A program made the translations under genes and the position numbers. Under the pieces are notes generated by a model. That model did not search any database. It had not been told where the DNA came from and saw nothing but the letters and a program-made list of their open reading frames with translations. A stretch of DNA of 64,000 bases, from assembly GCA_965222075.1 (NCBI GenBank), contig OZ244937.1, positions 1,632,001-1,696,000 of the forward strand, written 5' to 3'. The stretch comes from Candidatus Latescibacterota bacterium (lineage in GTDB: Bacteria > Latescibacterota > UBA2968 > GCA-2709665). This document shows, one piece after another, positions 38,286-49,824 of this stretch (positions are counted from its first letter, which is position 1; each line of letters begins with the position of its first letter).

Positions 38286-41200
38286 GTTTCAATCCTTGTT
38301 CTGGTGGAAGTATTGCCCTGGGGCTGGCCGATGTGATCCGGGTGGATTTCACCGGCATGGGGTTTCAATCCTTGTTCTGGTGGAAGTATTGCCCTGGGGA
38401 AACACCAAGACGGAAAGCCGATGCATCGGTTCGATGTTTCAATCCTTGTTCTGGTGGAAGTATTGCCCTGGGGCTGATGAGCGCCCAACCTGAAAGGAGG
38501 ACCGGTGCAAGTTTCAATCCTTGTTCTGGTGGAAGTATTGCCCTGGGCGCCCTGGTCGACTCCATTCTGACCGGCGTGCCGGGTTTCAATCCTTGTTCTG
38601 GTGGAAGTATTGCCCTGGGGATTCCCGGGCGCGTTCGTGTATGCCGATGCGGTGTCGTTTCAATCCTTGTTCTGGTGGAAGTATTGCCCTGGGCGTTTGC
38701 GCATGTGGGGGGGAAAATCCACATGGAAACTAGTTTCAATCCTTGTTCTGGTGGAAGTATTGCCCTGGGATGGGCTTTACCATCACAAGTATGTCTTGCG
38801 TCTATGAAGTTTCAATCCTTGTTCTGGTGGAAGTATTGCCCTGGGATGGGCTTTACCATCACAAGTATGTCTTGCGTCTATGAAGTTTCAATCCTTGTTC
38901 TGGTGGAAGTATTGCCCTGGGAAGCAGATCCTTTACGTTTACGCGAAGGCAATCGAAGTTTCAATCCTTGTTCTGGTGGAAGTATTGCCCTGGGATCATC
39001 CCAACAACCATTGAGATAATCTAAGTATGCCTTTTCAACCGTTTCAATCCTTGTTCTGGTGGAAGTATTGCCCTGGGCGTACGCATCTTTGGGCAGCTTG
39101 TCCATGGCGCCTAAAGTTTCAATCCTTGTTCTGGTGGAAGTATTGCCCTGGGTCCCTGTTCGTTGCGGCCTCTGCCTCTACCCCAGCAGAGTTTCAATCC
39201 TTGTTCTGGTGGAAGTATTGCCCTGGGCCCGGGCCCGCCGGTGGGGGATGATGCTCCTCTGTGACATCCACCAGTTTCAATCCTTGTTCTGGTGGAAGTA
39301 TTGCCCTGGGAACGACTGCATACACTTTCAGGCTTTGTTCGGGTCCAGGTTTCAATCCTTGTTCTGGTGGAAGTATTGCCCTGGGAGCTCCCCGGAGGAA
39401 GCGTTTCGCTGGCCGTATCAGGGTTTCAATCCTTGTTCTGGTGGAAGTATTGCCCTGGGAATTCGGGAGCGTACTTGCCGTCCGACAGCACGATATCGGG
39501 TTTCAATCCTTGTTCTGGTGGAAGTATTGCCCTGGGAGCCGTAGCCTGCCCGCCGTGCCTCACTGTCGGCGTTTCAATCCTTGTTCTGGTGGAAGTATTG
39601 CCCTGGGCAGGTCGGACGCCTGCGCCCGCACCGCAAGCCTCTCCGAGTTTCAATCCTTGTTCTGGTGGAAGTATTGCCCTGGGTGTGGGCATCAAGGTCT
39701 TTGGGACCGGCCTCTGGATGTTTCAATCCTTGTTCTGGTGGAAGTATTGCCCTGGGTCGGACGCCATAGACATCAGCAATATCGGAACAGAGTTTCAATC
39801 CTTGTTCTGGTGGAAGTATTGCCCTGGGTTTCGACGATGAGGTTCAGGTAGACGCGGATGCTTTTTGTTTCAATCCTTGTTCTGGTGGAAGTATTGCCCT
39901 GGGCCAATAATTTCCTCTTCATTTCACACCTTCCTCTGTTGTTTCAATCCTTGTTCTGGTGGAAGTATTGCCCTGGGCGTTGGTTACGGGCGTCCCGTCG
40001 GGGTAACGGGCACTCTGTTTCAATCCTTGTTCTGGTGGAAGTATTGCCCTGGGATTAGAGTGCGTCAATCGGATATAGACGGGGGATGTTTCAATCCTTG
40101 TTCTGGTGGAAGTATTGCCCTGGGTCGGGGAATTCGCCCATGTAATGGTTCAAATAAATTGGTTTCAATCCTTGTTCTGGTGGAAGTATTGCCCTGGGCA
40201 GAGCACAAAACCGCCCGAAGGCAAGGGAATACTTGGGTTTCAATCCTTGTTCTGGTGGAAGTATTGCCCTGGGTGGCTGGCCTGTCGTCCGTCGTTGTTC
40301 GGAAGTAGAGTTTCAATCCTTGTTCTGGTGGAAGTATTGCCCTGGGCTTGGCAGGGCTGGGCAAGATACGGCGCGGCATGGCGAGGGTAGAGTTTCAATC
40401 CTTGTTCTGGTGGAAGTATTGCCCTGGGCCGTTGGGTGTCCTCCGCCCCGAATAGTGTGCATCCATACGTGTTTCAATCCTTGTTCTGGTGGAAGTATTG
40501 CCCTGGGTCTTCGGGCAGGCCCTTGTTCCGCCTGCCGACGATAACGGGGTTTCAATCCTTGTTCTGGTGGAAGTATTGCCCTGGGTCTTCGGGCAGGCCC
40601 TTGTTCCGCCTGCCGACGATAACGGGGTTTCAATCCTTGTTCTGGTGGAAGTATTGCCCTGGGGGGAGCGCTTCTCCGGCCAGGTCCCGATCGTCACCAT
40701 TGAGTTTCAATCCTTGTTCTGGTGGAAGTATTGCCCTGGGACGCGTCGGCGGATGTTGGCCTGGAGCTCAAGCACAACGTTTCAATCCTTGTTCTGGTGG
40801 AAGTATTGCCCTGGGCAGCACCTGGCCGTTGTGTTTTTTTAGCCGTGACAAGTTTCAATCCTTGTTCTGGTGGAAGTATTGCCCTGGGTTCCCCGCCTCC
40901 GGGCTCATCGCTTTTCATAGCTGCTTGTTTCAATCCTTGTTCTGGTGGAAGTATTGCCCTGGGCAGGATGACCCCTCACGATCTGTGCACCCAGGCCATA
41001 GTTTCAATCCTTGTTCTGGTGGAAGTATTGCCCTGGGAAGAGGGCAAGGGCAAGGGTGGGGATGATAACGGCGGTTTCAATCCTTGTTCTGGTGGAAGTA
41101 TTGCCCTGGGGAGGCTAAGGAGGCGTTGGAAAAGGATCTGCCTACGGAGTTTCAATCCTTGTTCTGGTGGAAGTATTGCCCTGGGGAAAAACGGTTGTCA

Positions 41201-44200
41201 CCCTGCCAGGTGATCAATGGTTGTTTCAATCCTTGTTCTGGTGGAAGTATTGCCCTGGGCGCTTTCGGGTCGAACAACGCCCTGGTCAAGCCCGTGTTTC
41301 AATCCTTGTTCTGGTGGAAGTATTGCCCTGGGTAGTCGAACTCGGCTTCGGACAGCAAGTTGAGATGAGGTTTCAATCCTTGTTCTGGTGGAAGTATTGC
41401 CCTGGGTAGTCGAACTCGGCTTCGGACAGCAAGTTGAGATGAGGTTTCAATCCTTGTTCTGGTGGAAGTATTGCCCTGGGTTTGTTCCTTTATGGTATTA
41501 TTTGACTATGGAAACAGTTTCAATCCTTGTTCTGGTGGAAGTATTGCCCTGGGTCTGTGAAACTGGGCTTTGAGGCCCGGCAGGATAAGAGTTTCAATCC
41601 TTGTTCTGGTGGAAGTATTGCCCTGGGCGGCATCGTAGGTATTGGAGTAATCCCATCCAAAAGGTTTCAATCCTTGTTCTGGTGGAAGTATTGCCCTGGG
41701 CAGGTTAAAGGGCACGATCAAGGACGCCCTGGAGAAGCAGTTTCAATCCTTGTTCTGGTGGAAGTATTGCCCTGGGCCTCCGCGATAGGGTCGACGCTGA
41801 GGTGGAGATCTTGATGTTTCAATCCTTGTTCTGGTGGAAGTATTGCCCTGGGACCAGGCCGTAGCCTGCCCGCCGTGCCTCGGAGTCGGGTTTCAATCCT
41901 TGTTCTGGTGGAAGTATTGCCCTGGGCCACCGGTCAACCGTGTCTCTACGCTGCGGCCCACAAAGTTTCAATCCTTGTTCTGGTGGAAGTATTGCCCTGG
42001 GTCGCCACCTCCTGCGGTTGTGCGCCAGTCACCCCAGAGTTTCAATCCTTGTTCTGGTGGAAGTATTGCCCTGGGAACAATGGCCTCCGGCGAGGTCTCC
42101 CACTCGCTAACGTTTCAATCCTTGTTCTGGTGGAAGTATTGCCCTGGGTCGCCCGATTGCGACGCAGCGAAAAACCGCCCGACCTTGGTAAGGGGATTAC
42201 GTTTCAATCCTTGTTCTGGTGGAAGTATTGCCCTGGGAAGAGGCCACGCGGGCCCAGGCCAGCGCAGCGATAAAGTTTCAATCCTTGTTCTGGTGGAAGT
42301 ATTGCCCTGGGGCCAATGCAGCACAGATGATTGCGAAAGCTAAAACATCCATGTTTCAATCCTTGTTCTGGTGGAAGTATTGCCCTGGGGAACTTATTTG
42401 CTTGTTTCTGGTCTATTATTCAGCGTGTTTCAATCCTTGTTCTGGTGGAAGTATTGCCCTGGGGGGGCCCCAGGCCCGCCGTCCCTCACCCTTTTCTCAG
42501 TTTCAATCCTTGTTCTGGTGGAAGTATTGCCCTGGGGTACATACCCATCTTCTACATTGGACGCCCGATCTCTGTTTCAATCCTTGTTCTGGTGGAAGTA
42601 TTGCCCTGGGGTACATACCCATCTTCTACATTGGACGCCCGATCTCTGTTTCAATCCTTGTTCTGGTGGAAGTATTGCCCTGGGTCATTGGCAGGATCGA
42701 CCTCATCCTTGCCTATGAGAGGTTTCAATCCTTGTTCTGGTGGAAGTATTGCCCTGGGCATCGCCTGCCTTCAGCTCAAATTGGACGGGGCCTTGAAGTT
42801 TCAATCCTTGTTCTGGTGGAAGTATTGCCCTGGGTTCTTTCCATCCCCACTCTCTCAGAGGATAGCGCTGGAGTTTCAATCCTTGTTCTGGTGGAAGTAT
42901 TGCCCTGGGACCAGTGAGGGAAGTTTCCCATCTCCGCTTACCAGTAGTTTCAATCCTTGTTCTGGTGGAAGTATTGCCCTGGGCCCCCTTATGCTGGAGT
43001 GATGGGATGCGTGATATAACGTTTCAATCCTTGTTCTGGTGGAAGTATTGCCCTGGGCCCCAGTCGCCCGGGGCGCATTTTCGTTGCCTTAGCTAATGTT
43101 TCAATCCTTGTTCTGGTGGAAGTATTGCCCTGGGCGCCACATTCGCATATATATTCACAATCACACATCATAGTTTCAATCCTTGTTCTGGTGGAAGTAT
43201 TGCCCTGGGATCGGAAATCGAGCAGAATATCATATCGTGGATGGACGAGTTTCAATCCTTGTTCTGGTGGAAGTATTGCCCTGGGAACGGTTGACGCGAG
43301 GTGGCACGTTCGCACAGTGGCGGGTTTCAATCCTTGTTCTGGTGGAAGTATTGCCCTGGGTGCCTGGCGAGAGGCTTGATGCGATAGGCATGGAGTTGTT
43401 TCAATCCTTGTTCTGGTGGAAGTATTGCCCTGGGTCTTTGTTGAAATCTCCGGCAGGCCTTATGTTCTCCAGTTTCAATCCTTGTTCTGGTGGAAGTATT
43501 GCCCTGGGCGCAGAGTAACAGGCCGCAGGCGATCAAGCTCCACGAGTTTCAATCCTTGTTCTGGTGGAAGTATTGCCCTGGGAGCTTAAGGCCGGCCAAG
43601 CATGGGGGCCGAAATATCAGTGTTTCAATCCTTGTTCTGGTGGAAGTATTGCCCTGGGCGCAGGGCAGGCAGTGAGCGCGCCCGGGCGCTGGGGTTTCAA
43701 TCCTTGTTCTGGTGGAAGTATTGCCCTGGGACCTGCGGCAGGCCTTTCTAGGGGACGCCGATGTATAAGTTTCAATCCTTGTTCTGGTGGAAGTATTGCC
43801 CTGGGCACCAGGTCCGGGTGATTATACTGCGTTCCATTTGGTTTCAATCCTTGTTCTGGTGGAAGTATTGCCCTGGGCGCTTCAAATCAACATCGACGGT
43901 CTCTGCATCAGGGACGTTTCAATCCTTGTTCTGGTGGAAGTATTGCCCTGGGCTTGTCACTGTAATCCGCGCCGATCATCTCCCATTCGTGTTTCAATCC
44001 TTGTTCTGGTGGAAGTATTGCCCTGGGGCAGACGAATCCGAGCTACAAGGACATAGCGGAAGATGGTTTCAATCCTTGTTCTGGTGGAAGTATTGCCCTG
44101 GGCCGGGGGGGCTCTCCTCCCCGGCTTCGTCGTCCGGGTTTCAATCCTTGTTCTGGTGGAAGTATTGCCCTGGGAAAGAGAGGGACGAAGCACAAGGCCA

Positions 44201-44695
44201 GCTAAATATTTGTTTCAATCCTTGTTCTGGTGGAAGTATTGCCCTGGGCTTGATCCAGAACTGGGCAGGTGTTCCCGGACGGTAGAGTTTCAATCCTTGT
44301 TCTGGTGGAAGTATTGCCCTGGGAATATGCCGTCGGCGCTTGGAGGTACCACCAATATTTGTTTCAATCCTTGTTCTGGTGGAAGTATTGCCCTGGGCGT
44401 TTATCCCTTTCGTATCCGTACACAGTACCCCCGAATGTTTCAATCCTTGTTCTGGTGGAAGTATTGCCCTGGGCAGGCCAATACTTTCCAGGCCGGGGAG
44501 ATGAGTAAGGTTTCAATCCTTGTTCTGGTGGAAGTATTGCCCTGGGGGTCGGGCCGGTGTTCCATGTCGAGCACGGTACCGCGTTTCAATCCTTGTTCTG
44601 GTGGAAGTATTGCCCTGGGCCGCCTCCAGTTCATTTTGTTTCTCACGCCTGGCATCATGTTTCAATCCTTGTTCTGGTGGAAGTATTGCCCTGGG
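38286..44695 (-). CRISPR. CRISPR array, ~86 x 37-nt repeats, spacers mostly 34-41 nt
   Basis: Repeat GTTTCAATCCTTGTTCTGGTGGAAGTATTGCCCTGGG (+ strand; manual count). The ATTGAAAC end and the leader position imply minus-strand transcription. Confidence 0.99.
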
Positions 44696-44867
44696 TCCAT
44701 TTTATGTATATCGTTTGAAATTGCAACGGGTTATATGAATCGCCTGCGGCTCAAAATCTCGATTTGACCACCCTTTTTTTCTCCGAAAAGCAGACATTAT
44801 GCTCCTCCTTTGCAGAATAGAATGTTCCCAACATCTTGATTTTCAATAGATTGCATCCATATTGTTG
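44696..44867 (-). promoter_or_regulatory. CRISPR leader
   Basis: AT-rich non-coding region between cas4 and the first repeat; degenerate repeat is at the opposite end. Confidence 0.8.
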
Positions 44868-45464
44868 TTAGACGCAGATATTTTTGTAGCAACAGTCACC
44901 ACATTTGGCGCGGTGAGGTGTTTTTTTTGGCAGTCGCCCAGTTTGAATGATGTCAAGAATTTCAGCTACAATTTTCTTTGCGATGCTCTCTTCAGCCTCT
45001 CCGATAGGGACTTCTACCAGATGGCTACCGCCTCGAATGTAGGCAACATATCCCCGGGTCACGCGCTTTTGATAGGCTTCGCGGGTCAAGAGGCCATAGA
45101 GTGTAATTTGGATGCGATGGGTTTTGAAAGCATGTTCTCGGTAGGGTGAGTATTTGTAATCTAAAGGTGCGAAGGTCCCATCTCGCAATGTCAAAACTTC
45201 GTCCACAACCCCGCGCACACCAAGTTCGGGCGATGCCAGATACACATTGAGATCTCGATTGACAACGCCGATTTTCTTGCGCAAGTAAAATCGGTTTTCT
45301 TTTTCTCGGCGTTTGTGGACTTCTCGTCCTTTGAGCACCTTGAAACGACGGTCTTCAAACTGCGGGATGTTGAGCACGTTCATGTAGTATGTGAAACGCG
45401 GACAGTATACATGCTCAATCACCTCTGACGGCGTGATCATGATTGTTGTTTCAGTATCGCTCAC
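44868..45464 (-). CDS. cas4: CRISPR-associated exonuclease Cas4
   Basis: YCPR...G..VH, GVVDEV..PLDYK, KCGDCCYKNIC. Confidence 0.95.
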   Translation of the reverse strand: MSDTETTIMITPSEVIEHVYCPRFTYYMNVLNIPQFEDRRFKVLKGREVHKRREKENRFYLRKKIGVVNRDLNVYLASPELGVRGVVDEVLTLRDGTFAPLDYKYSPYREHAFKTHRIQITLYGLLTREAYQKRVTRGYVAYIRGGSHLVEVPIGEAEESIAKKIVAEILDIIQTGRLPKKTPHRAKCGDCCYKNICV

Positions 45465-45766
45465 AAGAACAAACTCCTCACATCGTCGGTGACGAGTTTG
45501 GGGTCAAAGGCCTGACCTTGAAGGATGACTTTGCGAAAGTCCATAGCACACATGGGAAAAATGTAAACGCGATCGCTTTCAAGATCAATGTGGTCTTCAA
45601 TGCGCATCGAAAGTTCATCGAGGCGGTTGTGTTTGACTGTGCCGAGGAAGACGGATTTTTGAATGCGGTAGAGGCCCGCTTCTTGACAGGCTTTGACAAC
45701 GCGACGACGGCTTTTGTTGTCGGAGATGTCGTAAAGGACCCAGGTGAGAGATTCATCGGATTTCAT
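45461..45766 (-). CDS. cas2: Cas2
   Basis: VLYDISDNKSRRRVVK...RIQKSVF. Confidence 0.95.
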   Translation of the reverse strand: MKSDESLTWVLYDISDNKSRRRVVKACQEAGLYRIQKSVFLGTVKHNRLDELSMRIEDHIDLESDRVYIFPMCAMDFRKVILQGQAFDPKLVTDDVRSLFL

Positions 45767-46761
45767 GGGACAGTTTCCTCTGTGTTCGGATCTTTTGCAA
45801 GCAGATCATTGGCGATGCGGTGCAGGTCAAACTGGATGCTGTCTCGCCGCGTGATATTGCGGCCCCGGTAGCGGATAGCCTCGTCGAGACACGCCGTGAA
45901 TGCTTCGATGAGCACCGCTTTGCCCTGTTTGTTCAGGGTGAAGCCATTTTTTAAGCTGTCGAACAGATCTTGTTTGATTTTTCGCGCGGAAAAAAGACTG
46001 AGAATTGTTTCGTCGGCCCAGATGCGATATTGTTCGATGAGATCAAAAACAAGGGATGGTTTGTTATAGTGGTCGGTGTGGATAAAGCCAATGTAGGGAT
46101 CGAGCCCTGAGAGCAAACAGGCGCGTTCGACCACGCCATAAAGGATGCCATAGGCGTAATTGAGCAGGCAGTTGAACGGATCTTTGGCCGGATTGCGGCT
46201 ACGACCTTTAAACCGATAGTGAGTCGGTAAAAGCAGAGATACAGCAGCCCAATAGGTGCGCCCGGCGCGACCTTCCAGACCGAGCAAACTCTGGCGCGTG
46301 GTATCGATATTCCCTGTGAGGTCCTGCATTTGCTCTTTGAGGGTTTTGAGACTGCCAATGGCTTCGGTAAGCTGCGCTGAAAGCCGCGTACGACGGTCGC
46401 GCATTCGCGTGAGCAATGCAATCTGATTGTCAAATTTGCGCCCGACCCAGCCAAGGGCGAGTTGCATGCCGAGGTCGGTTTGTGCAGCCACAAGTTGCAA
46501 CCGGCGAATGGCAGTTGTGGAACCCGGGCGTCCGTGCCACACACGGCCAAACGGATCGCCGTACTTATCGAGAAAGAGGATGTCGATGTTCTTTTCCACA
46601 GCAAGTTGCACTGCATCGGACGAAAACGCCGCGCCCGTTGAAATGAGAATGGAACGCACTTTGCGAGCGGAAATTTCAGTCGATTGCCCATTCACCTTGA
46701 CCAGAAACAATTCCCCACGCCGACTCAAATACGCGCCATAGGTGTTGAGTACGAGTTGCAC
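45763..46761 (-). CDS. cas1: Cas1
   Basis: LEGRAGRTYW, DPFNCLLNYAYGILY, GLDPYIGFIH, SLVFDLIE. Confidence 0.97.
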   Translation of the reverse strand: MQLVLNTYGAYLSRRGELFLVKVNGQSTEISARKVRSILISTGAAFSSDAVQLAVEKNIDILFLDKYGDPFGRVWHGRPGSTTAIRRLQLVAAQTDLGMQLALGWVGRKFDNQIALLTRMRDRRTRLSAQLTEAIGSLKTLKEQMQDLTGNIDTTRQSLLGLEGRAGRTYWAAVSLLLPTHYRFKGRSRNPAKDPFNCLLNYAYGILYGVVERACLLSGLDPYIGFIHTDHYNKPSLVFDLIEQYRIWADETILSLFSARKIKQDLFDSLKNGFTLNKQGKAVLIEAFTACLDEAIRYRGRNITRRDSIQFDLHRIANDLLAKDPNTEETVP

Positions 46762-46775
46762 AATTGTCCCTCTGT

Positions 46776-47441
46776 TTAAATTTCACGCATCAAACCGAAG
46801 CCGTTAGATGTTAGTTTACCGATGCCAATACCAGTAGGGAGAATCATATTGGAAACAAAGGATACTTTTACACCCTTAAAAACGACACCGTGATGTTTTA
46901 ACGATAGAAGTGAGAAGTTAAGCACGTGAGTCATTAGACGTTCTTGGAGATAAACGCCAACCCCTTTACATAATGAGAGATAGTTTCCATTAAGAATTTT
47001 CTCAAAAAGCTTTCTCCGATTTTCAACGTTCGACTCTTCTTGAAATATTGCATGATTCTTTTCATTAAGCGCCAGCCAAGGTGTAATTGAGCGATAACCG
47101 ATCAGATTGTATGATAGTCCGATAGCTACTATTTCGTCTTCCAGTTCTGCGCCCATAATCTGATACTGAATGCCTCCAACTCTGAGTGTATGACCCTGGT
47201 TGTAAATTTCTTGCAGAACTTGAAGGCCGTCATCGAAGGAAATGAGTTGGGGGAAGTTATTCAAGACGATATAGCGAACTCTGGGAGAACGATAGTCAAA
47301 TTGATCCCCCTTATGGTTGTGTAATACTGGCCGATTTGGAAACGCACCTGTTATAGCTTTTCGAAGTTCCGATCCTCGATGTTTAAACGGGCGGTCGGTG
47401 TAGATTTTTAATCGTCGAATATGTATCACATTTTCTGACAT
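46776..47441 (-). CDS. cas6: Cas6 (Cas6b-like) endoribonuclease
   Basis: LHNH..Y..P, ITPWLALN, C-terminal Gly loop GIGIGKLTSNGFG. Confidence 0.9.
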   Translation of the reverse strand: MSENVIHIRRLKIYTDRPFKHRGSELRKAITGAFPNRPVLHNHKGDQFDYRSPRVRYIVLNNFPQLISFDDGLQVLQEIYNQGHTLRVGGIQYQIMGAELEDEIVAIGLSYNLIGYRSITPWLALNEKNHAIFQEESNVENRRKLFEKILNGNYLSLCKGVGVYLQERLMTHVLNFSLLSLKHHGVVFKGVKVSFVSNMILPTGIGIGKLTSNGFGLMREI

Positions 47442-47442
47442 C

Positions 47443-49824
47443 TCAATTTCCAATGATGAGCACTCCTGAATTATACGGATCTTCTTCCGCTTTATACCCA
47501 AACCTCTTATCATATCCGAGCTTGGCATCCAACATACACAGTTCGTCAACAACATCTCTTGCATACACTTGTACAATTCGCTCCATCAAAGCAGCACGGA
47601 TTTTATAGAATTCCTTTCTGCGTTTTACTGGATTCACGATTTCTCTGATTCGAAGATATTGATCCCAAATTTCCTGATCATCACTATCTTGGACGATATA
47701 ATAGGATTGTCGGGGTAATTCTTCAATAAGCTGAAAACGATCTTCTACTTCTTTAAATTGTCCACAGGCCAACAGACGATCAATGGGTTCTTCGCTGTTA
47801 TGCGTGCGGTCGTAAACCATTTTGAAATAAGACTCCCCCAAGTCCAAAAACTCAGATTCAGCGACTTCCTCAAATTGGTTCAAAAGCTCTTGCGTTGCCC
47901 CTATCAATACTGGACTATAAATCCGCGTGAACGTTATCTCTTTCTCATCTGTTAAAGACCAGACCCTTACAATCCCTCCATCACCGTCTCCATGCCGATT
48001 ACAACGACCCGATGTTTGAATAATAGCATCTAGCGGTGCAAGATCTCTTTCAATCCGATCTACACTCAGATCAACGCCAGCTTCTATCAATTGTGTCGTA
48101 ATGACCAAAACGGGCTGATCCGCATCCAGTGACTTGCTAATGTCTTCAATCCGAGCGTTACGATCTTTAGGCGTTAGAAGTGCTGAAAGTGGGCAGATAA
48201 GAAATTCTTCTATGTTTACCTTTTTTTCAAATATTTCTGTTAGCTCACCTACGAGCCTTCGATAGTTGACCACAATCATGCGGCTGCATTTTGGATTTTG
48301 ATGAATTTCTTCGACAATCTCACTGACAAAACACTCAAGAGACGTATTTTCTTTTGCACGATTTACAAGATGCATACGCGATAGTTTTTGGTAATATTCT
48401 GGATGATTGGACAACAACTCCCTGGACATATCGGGCAAAAAAATCAACGGTTTTGTGGCTGTCATCAGTATGAAACGCGTTTCAAAACACCGGCTCATCA
48501 CTTTGAATATATTACGAATAGCTTGCCAGTATTTCGGAGGAATCGCCTGTACCTCATCGAGAATGACAATGGCTCTACGCAGCGTTGGCAAGCGTTTGAG
48601 ATTTCGATTTCTACCTGTGAAAATCGTATGGAGAAATTGATAAAATGTGGTTACTACAATTTCTGATTGCCACGTCTCAACAAAAAGTTCGGACCCATCA
48701 TGATCAAACTCCGAGTCTGAAGAGCAGTATTTCATATCTGTGAGATGGTGATGTTTCAAGAGCAAGTCCGTTGTTTCAGACAGTCCTCCGAGTTCTAATA
48801 CTTTTCGATAAACATCGTGGTTTTGATCAATAATTGCGGTAAAAGGCAAACAATAGATGATCCGCGGGTTTTCTTGATATACTTCTCGCAACTCATGACG
48901 TAAATGAAGTGCTGCATCCAAAGCGGTCAAGGTTTTTCCAGACCCAGTCGGTGCTGTGAGTGTGAATAGTTTCTCATCTAAATGAGCAGATAATTCGCGT
49001 AAAACATCATCTCTAACGCGATCTCTTATTTCATCAAGGGGTGATGGTTTCTGATCTTGTTTTAAGTGTATCAGATAGTTGTGTACAAGATCATTGGGCA
49101 GTTCTAAGCGATTAAATTCTGTTTCCCCTGTTGCAGTATGGATTTTATCCATTTGCAAAAGACTGCCAAATCCAAACAAGAAATCTACTGTCCGGTCGAG
49201 TTGCTCAAGACAAATATCCTTTTCATTACTAGTGAAAGCTTTCCTAAGACGAAATTGAGGTATGGCCTCCATAGTTTGTCGAAGAACAGATTCGTTAAGA
49301 TCAGGTACTTCAAAGTGAAGGCCGAACTCAGGCAAAGTCTTTCTTAGCCATCGTGTAATGCCTGAGAGATCCATGCTGTCAATTTGGCGAGCAAATGTCC
49401 CTTGTGGCCCCTGGTCGTCCCGAAGATGGCCTTTGGCTTCGACAAAATAATCGGACCACGACTTTTGTAGATTACCATGGTGTCTCATAACAGAGGTAAT
49501 CACCGAAAGCTGGAATTGATACGCGGTCTTCTGATTTGGTGCTTGAACGCTCTGACTGATCAGCCAACCAATAATCGCAGAAACAAATGAGTGGTTGGAC
49601 AGTTCAGATCTTTCTCCTTTACAACCCGGCTGGACGCGCTCCTGAAACCAAAAGGTCGCTTTGCCCAAATCATGGACGAGTGCAGCCAGCAGTGCAGCTT
49701 GCGCTGGCAAAGGCCGACTGTCCCCCCACAATTGGTTTACACCTCTGGCGACTTCTTTAAGATGAGCTTGCAAAAAATCGTCTGGAGGATGCGCCAAGCA
49801 TTCAGAAAAAGAGTATGTGGTCAT
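47443..49824 (-). CDS. cas3: Cas3 HD nuclease-helicase
   Basis: HDLGK, HHG, APTGSGKT, DEVQ, TAT, QLIEAGVD, QTSGRCNR. Confidence 0.97.
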   Translation of the reverse strand: MTTYSFSECLAHPPDDFLQAHLKEVARGVNQLWGDSRPLPAQAALLAALVHDLGKATFWFQERVQPGCKGERSELSNHSFVSAIIGWLISQSVQAPNQKTAYQFQLSVITSVMRHHGNLQKSWSDYFVEAKGHLRDDQGPQGTFARQIDSMDLSGITRWLRKTLPEFGLHFEVPDLNESVLRQTMEAIPQFRLRKAFTSNEKDICLEQLDRTVDFLFGFGSLLQMDKIHTATGETEFNRLELPNDLVHNYLIHLKQDQKPSPLDEIRDRVRDDVLRELSAHLDEKLFTLTAPTGSGKTLTALDAALHLRHELREVYQENPRIIYCLPFTAIIDQNHDVYRKVLELGGLSETTDLLLKHHHLTDMKYCSSDSEFDHDGSELFVETWQSEIVVTTFYQFLHTIFTGRNRNLKRLPTLRRAIVILDEVQAIPPKYWQAIRNIFKVMSRCFETRFILMTATKPLIFLPDMSRELLSNHPEYYQKLSRMHLVNRAKENTSLECFVSEIVEEIHQNPKCSRMIVVNYRRLVGELTEIFEKKVNIEEFLICPLSALLTPKDRNARIEDISKSLDADQPVLVITTQLIEAGVDLSVDRIERDLAPLDAIIQTSGRCNRHGDGDGGIVRVWSLTDEKEITFTRIYSPVLIGATQELLNQFEEVAESEFLDLGESYFKMVYDRTHNSEEPIDRLLACGQFKEVEDRFQLIEELPRQSYYIVQDSDDQEIWDQYLRIREIVNPVKRRKEFYKIRAALMERIVQVYARDVVDELCMLDAKLGYDKRFGYKAEEDPYNSGVLIIGN

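Noticed and set aside
25900-38300. Classical integron or transposon explaining the cassette region
   Set aside because: No tyrosine recombinase, transposase or attC-like sites were recognised in the window.
38286-44695. Self-targeting spacers in the main array
   Set aside because: No match to this window noticed by eye; not exhaustive, needs BLAST.
38213-44767. Many ORFs with FQSLFWWKYCPG / VSILVLVEVLPW / FNPCSGGSIALG repeats
   Set aside because: These are translations of the CRISPR repeat, not proteins.
45763-46761. RT-Cas1 or other Cas1 fusion that could capture whole genes
   Set aside because: Cas1 is a standard 332-aa protein, and no reverse transcriptase is present in the window.
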